Shown piece after piece: positions 59,439 to 64,000 of a stretch of DNA of 64,000 nucleotides. The stretch spans positions 2,144 through 66,143 of the forward strand of contig CAITMK010000014.1 in the NCBI GenBank assembly GCA_903893485.1, read 5' to 3'. Below the pieces are notes generated by a model. The model made no database searches, was not told where the DNA came from, and was given only the letters and a program-made list of their open reading frames with translations. Source of the stretch: Candidatus Magasanikiibacteriota bacterium (GTDB lineage: Bacteria > Patescibacteriota > Patescibacteriia > Magasanikbacterales > 2-02-FULL-50-9b). Every line of letters begins with the position of its first letter. Position 1 is the stretch's first letter. The position numbers and the translations under genes were made by a program.

Positions 59439-61265
59439 ATGAAACAACACATTATCTCACTACTTTTCATTGTAAGTCCGCTGGTCATCTGTACCGGACT
59501 TCCCTATCCACAGATTCTGCCACGCACGATTCTGATTGGTCTACTCGGCGCCGCGGCGCTTGGTTTTGAATTTTATGAGGCTAAAAAAATACAATTTACG
59601 CTTGTGGAATGTGCCTGGCTCACCTTCTTTGCAGCGCTCATCACATCTTCATTACTTGGCGGTCAATTTGCGCACAGTCTTTGGAGTACCCTTGAGCGTG
59701 GCACCGGTCTTTTCTTTTTTGCAAGTTGCGCGGCGTTTTATCTCGTTCTAAAAAAAGATTTTAAAGCCGCTGCGCCGCTTCTTACCAACACCATCACCTA
59801 TACGCTGATCGTGATGAGCGTATTTGCAATTGCGCAAAAATTATTTCCTGGTTTTGCACAAACATTTTCAGGCAATCGTATTGGCGGCACCCTGGGCAAT
59901 GCAATTTTCTTTGGCATGTATCTTACACTTAACATTTTTTTGGTGGGATTATTTTGGGAAAAAAAGCACCGCATACTTCAGTCGATTGCGATTGCTAGCG
60001 GTTTAATCGCTCTTGGACTCGCCGCTGTTACGGGCCCGGTAGCGGGTTTTATTGCCGGGCTTCTCATCACAGCCACAATTTTGCTTTATCAAAAATATCC
60101 TCGTTTAATTATTGCATTTTCTAGCGTAGTAATAGTCATTGCCCTCTGTGGTGCATTATTTTTAGGCCCAAATTCAATCAAAAAATTACCAACATTTCAA
60201 AGTCGTTTAGTTAACTGGAGTATTGGCTACAAAAATTTTAAAGCGCATCCAATTTTCGGAACCGGATGGGAATCGTATCAAGCGGTTGCGGCCGCAAATT
60301 TTGATCCGCGACTTATTAATTTTGGTGGCGCCGAAACGTATCCGGATAAACCACATAATGCATACATTGAATTGCTCAGTAGCACGGGCATCGTTGGCAC
60401 AATCTTATATTTTTGTTTCATCGCAGCACTTTTTTGGACTGCCCTTTATTTATATCGACACAAAAAAATTTCACTTTTGCAGTTTGCAATAAGTGCTGGT
60501 TTTTTAACAACGTACCTGGTACAAAATTTTTCTGCGTTCGAAACCCACGGAACTCTAATTCCACTTACCATTTTTGCCGCATGGACTGGCGCGCGACAGG
60601 AAAATAAAATTTTTAGCACTTCGCCAAAAATTATTTTGGGAACCAGTACCATACTTTTTGTGATCTGTTATTGGATCGGCATCATGAGTTGCATTCCAGA
60701 ATTTATCGCGCTCAAAAATGCAGATGGCGCCGCGCTCAGTCAAAAACTTTCTTCAATATATCGAACAGAATATTTCAGCGTATTAAATCCTGCCGATGTC
60801 TCACAAGTTACTGCGGTTGTACGAAATTTTAAACCGCAAACCGCATGGGATGATTTAATTCTGGCAAAATTTTTGGGGTCCGCCGCAACGTTTCATCCAG
60901 AATTTGTTGAAGTTGCCGAAACTGCAATTGCGCGTGCAATTAATACAAATCCAAAACGACAAGAATTATTTATCATAAAAGGTCAGCTCGCGCTTGCACA
61001 AAATAATCTCAATGACGCAACACTGGCATTTAGCGAAGCAATCGCAATTGAGCCGCGCACCTCACAGCCACATTATTTGCTCGGACTCGTTTTATTTGCT
61101 CAAAATAATAACGATGTCGGTTGGACCGAAATTCAACTCGCCGCTTCGCACGGATTAAAATCGGCATCGCGCACTTCACTTATTTTTATTGCACAAAAAC
61201 TGCAAGCAGCAAACATGCAAAACCAATTACAAATTCTTGAAACAACCTTTACCCCAACTGAATAA
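59439..61265 (+). CDS. O-antigen ligase / O-OTase family protein with TPR tail (paralog 3, inverted)
   Basis: RIGGTLGNA, GTGWESY, PDKPHN. Confidence 0.88.
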   Translation: MKQHIISLLFIVSPLVICTGLPYPQILPRTILIGLLGAAALGFEFYEAKKIQFTLVECAWLTFFAALITSSLLGGQFAHSLWSTLERGTGLFFFASCAAFYLVLKKDFKAAAPLLTNTITYTLIVMSVFAIAQKLFPGFAQTFSGNRIGGTLGNAIFFGMYLTLNIFLVGLFWEKKHRILQSIAIASGLIALGLAAVTGPVAGFIAGLLITATILLYQKYPRLIIAFSSVVIVIALCGALFLGPNSIKKLPTFQSRLVNWSIGYKNFKAHPIFGTGWESYQAVAAANFDPRLINFGGAETYPDKPHNAYIELLSSTGIVGTILYFCFIAALFWTALYLYRHKKISLLQFAISAGFLTTYLVQNFSAFETHGTLIPLTIFAAWTGARQENKIFSTSPKIILGTSTILFVICYWIGIMSCIPEFIALKNADGAALSQKLSSIYRTEYFSVLNPADVSQVTAVVRNFKPQTAWDDLILAKFLGSAATFHPEFVEVAETAIARAINTNPKRQELFIIKGQLALAQNNLNDATLAFSEAIAIEPRTSQPHYLLGLVLFAQNNNDVGWTEIQLAASHGLKSASRTSLIFIAQKLQAANMQNQLQILETTFTPTE

Positions 61266-63134
61266 TTATTTTTTCAGCTGCGCATACCAATTCAACTGCT
61301 CGGTGGACCATCCATCAGGCCGAAGCTGAAAAGCACGCGTTGCATAGGTCACCGCACCCGCATGATCGCCACTTGCATCCAAATGAACAGCCCAATAAAA
61401 ATTAGCGGTTGGTGAATTAGGATAGAGTGCCAAGAAGTTAGTGAGAACCTCGCCTGCGGCCTTTTCTTGGCCCTGACTGCTTAATAATCCCGCCAAAGCT
61501 ACTGATGTTGCAGGTCGCCCAGGCGCCCGCGCAAGCACCGCACGATAACCGGTTTCTGCAAGCGCCTCCCAATATGAAACCGTATGATCTGGCGCATTTG
61601 GCGCATACATCTGAAAAAATACCGCGACATTATGTAATTTGGTCGTTGGAATTTTTTGCGATTGCATATAACCCTCGAGCCGCGGTACATATGATTCACT
61701 GAGCGGCTGCAACTCAAAGGAAGAAATAATTTGCGCCTGCAGCAGCGTAACCAAACGTTGAGAATAAATTACATCGCGCTCCTGGGTGTATGGAAAAAGC
61801 ATTGGCGTTTGCCCCGCGGCGCGCGAAACAGTACCAAGCGTTTGCGTGACTGATAATGCATCTTGCATATGCCACACCTCTGACGTAATACCAATAATCA
61901 TAATCACCGCGCTCACCCCTAACACCAATCCACCAACTTGAAATACTTTTTGTAAATTTTTATTGAGCGCTAAATTTGGTAATTCAGTTTTCTTACCCAT
62001 ACTCACAAGCAGCACAAGCGCAGGCACTGCCCACATTTGAAAAGGCGCGGTTGCAAGTGCCACATGATATGCAACAAATGTCGCTCTTCCAATGGTGCTT
62101 AGCGAACGAAACACAAACCATGCCCAAAAACCATATAGCAACAATCCCACAACGCCGCCAGCCAAAAGTAAATCAAAATACCAAGAATGTGTTGAATCAA
62201 AAACTTGTTCGCTATTGGTAATTTCGTCTAAATTTCCAAGATCGCGCACGATGATATCGTGAAATCCAACCGGCCCATAGCCAACAAGCGGTCGTGCAGC
62301 AAATTCATGCAATGCATTTTTATATAATGTTGCACGCGACTGAACCGTTTCATCTTGCATTGAAATATGCAGCGCGCGGCCGCCCAAGCCGTATGCTAAA
62401 AAAATAAAAAGCACAAGTGCACCAACGCTTAGCCCAATTCGTTTTTGCCATGATGTATAGTGATTAAAAACCCAATGCGCCCCAACGTAACAAGCGCCCA
62501 CGGCTGCCGCAAGCATGGTGCCACGACTCCCCGTAGCATAGAGCAAAAACAAAGTTACCGCGGCCATGCAACTCAGATACACGCGAGAATGTTTTGTTTT
62601 TTCAAAAGCAATCTGCGCAAAAAATGGTACAAATAAAATTACGGTACCAAAAAATAATGCGTTGCCAACGGATCCTGCCCATCGTGAATCAGTAACTAAC
62701 AATTCTGAGCCCGGCGCAAGTACAAATAATCGACTTATCAACGCACCAAATATTAAAACGCCAAGATATACCGCGCTTACATAATTATTTTTTTTATGTG
62801 CATATAATACAGCTGCTAAAATTGGCAGCATCCCCCAAAGCAAAAATAATCCATCGCTTCGAATCCATGATCCCCACCACGCTGCGCCAATTTCCCCGCC
62901 AAAAATAGCACGTACCGTAAGCCACAAAACAAAAATACCAAGCCATGATAACCGCGGATCAGTAATAAAAACTTTTGCTGATATCTTTTCTTGCCACAAA
63001 AAATAAATTGCAAGCAAAATCGCCACGCACCACAACACTACCCTGCCCGTGATAAATGAATAGTACCAAAATGGCGTTACGACAAATGGTATTATTGCCA
63101 ACAGGTAACCTAGCCAATTTATTCTAATTTTCAT
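61266..63134 (-). CDS. O-antigen ligase / O-OTase family protein with TPR tail (paralog 4)
   Basis: RWAGSVGNA, TGSRG, GYGPVGF, FDSTHS. Confidence 0.86.
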   Translation of the reverse strand: MKIRINWLGYLLAIIPFVVTPFWYYSFITGRVVLWCVAILLAIYFLWQEKISAKVFITDPRLSWLGIFVLWLTVRAIFGGEIGAAWWGSWIRSDGLFLLWGMLPILAAVLYAHKKNNYVSAVYLGVLIFGALISRLFVLAPGSELLVTDSRWAGSVGNALFFGTVILFVPFFAQIAFEKTKHSRVYLSCMAAVTLFLLYATGSRGTMLAAAVGACYVGAHWVFNHYTSWQKRIGLSVGALVLFIFLAYGLGGRALHISMQDETVQSRATLYKNALHEFAARPLVGYGPVGFHDIIVRDLGNLDEITNSEQVFDSTHSWYFDLLLAGGVVGLLLYGFWAWFVFRSLSTIGRATFVAYHVALATAPFQMWAVPALVLLVSMGKKTELPNLALNKNLQKVFQVGGLVLGVSAVIMIIGITSEVWHMQDALSVTQTLGTVSRAAGQTPMLFPYTQERDVIYSQRLVTLLQAQIISSFELQPLSESYVPRLEGYMQSQKIPTTKLHNVAVFFQMYAPNAPDHTVSYWEALAETGYRAVLARAPGRPATSVALAGLLSSQGQEKAAGEVLTNFLALYPNSPTANFYWAVHLDASGDHAGAVTYATRAFQLRPDGWSTEQLNWYAQLKK

Positions 63135-63176
63135 AGCTGTTTTATTTTCATAGAATAACATGCTCTGCCGAAAAAC

Positions 63177-63207
63177 AAAACACCCGACCTTACGGCCGGG
63201 TGTTTTG
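63177..63207 (-). terminator. Terminator after surface protein gene
   Basis: aaaacacccg..cgggtgtttt. Confidence 0.8.
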
Positions 63208-63250
63208 CGATTCTTCCTTTTACAGAAGTTTCATCTCTTTCATTCAACTA

Positions 63251-64000
63251 TTAGTTGAATGAAATTGACTTACCAGAAAGAGGCAAACTGTTAACCACGG
63301 TGGTTGGAGTTAAGCCATCAGACCAGGTCACTGCAGTTGCTGGCATACCAACCGAAAGGGTAGCATTACCTGCTGCAGTTGCTGTGGTGTCCAAAGTTAC
63401 CAAGATTGGTAATGATGAACCTGGGTCAATTGCGAGAGTTGCTGACAACGCTGCTGGAGTTGCGCCAAATACCAAACATGAGGTTGAACCAAATGTACAG
63501 CTTGTTGCACCACCACCAAGGGTTGTTGTTTCAATCAACTGGTTAGAGTCAATTGTTTCGCTCTTATACACGTTCAACACATGTGATGAACCTGCAGATG
63601 CTGACAATGAACCTGAAGCCAAGAAGTTCAATTTTGTAATCAATGCTTTCGCACCGTTTACATTAGCACTGTTCGAGATCACGAACAAAGCTGCTGGCAT
63701 TTCTGAGGTACGAGTACCGATAGTGCCTGGAGCATTTGCTGAGCTTGAATATGCAACTGAAAGTTTGGTCTTAAGTGATGTCTGTGCAGCACCCTGAATT
63801 GTTGCTGGACTGCTGAAAAGACGACCGCCACCAATACCTGCAACGGTGATTGATGCGCCACTCTTAGCGCCCTTAGCAACTACTGCTGTTGATGATGCGT
63901 TGTCATACTTATCAATCAAGAAGCCCTTGAATGAAACGCCTGAGTACACGTCCTGAGTTGCTGAAACTGCAGCTACAACAGTAAATGTCTTAGAAGTGTT
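63251..64000 (-). CDS. C-terminal part of a large Ser/Thr/Ala/Gly-rich beta-sandwich surface (S-layer-like) protein
   Basis: Frame is open to the window edge; composition and strong terminator suggest an abundant surface protein. Confidence 0.7.
   Translation of the reverse strand, partial: NTSKTFTVVAAVSATQDVYSGVSFKGFLIDKYDNASSTAVVAKGAKSGASITVAGIGGGRLFSSPATIQGAAQTSLKTKLSVAYSSSANAPGTIGTRTSEMPAALFVISNSANVNGAKALITKLNFLASGSLSASAGSSHVLNVYKSETIDSNQLIETTTLGGGATSCTFGSTSCLVFGATPAALSATLAIDPGSSLPILVTLDTTATAAGNATLSVGMPATAVTWSDGLTPTTVVNSLPLSGKSISFN

Overview
This is a gene-dense, standard-code chromosomal window with nearly all genes on the minus strand. Gene content and organisation suggest a Patescibacteria/CPR (Parcubacteria-like) genome, but that taxonomy is inference. 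The housekeeping content is: partial secD; a nucleotide house-cleaning cluster (MazG-like, two NUDIX, Maf, kinase); secA; hpf; murB/murC/ftsI-like PBP; vanW; mrdA-mreDCB; a UvrD/PD-(D/E)XK helicase-nuclease; a full F1Fo ATP synthase set; tatD/cvpA/metG/rsmI; an Rrf2-iscS-iscU-ferredoxin operon; and a surface-glycosylation region with four tandem O-antigen-ligase/TPR paralogs next to a large surface protein. Four observations stand out. (1) A ~630-nt, highly structured minus-strand RNA candidate with no convincing ORF (about 24688-25318) has its own promoter and terminator and is preceded by a second ~100-nt RNA unit. (2) Eight orphan single-gene cassettes carry strong Shine-Dalgarno motifs and, mostly, near-consensus sigma70 promoters and long bulged terminators, while the housekeeping starts inspected lack SD. 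One cassette splits the atp operon and two share an almost identical terminator. (3) A multi-branched hairpin element flanked by 11-bp direct repeats sits upstream of secA. (4) A candidate sRNA carries three anti-SD (CCUCC) motifs. No tRNA, rRNA, CRISPR array, transposase or integrase was recognised.
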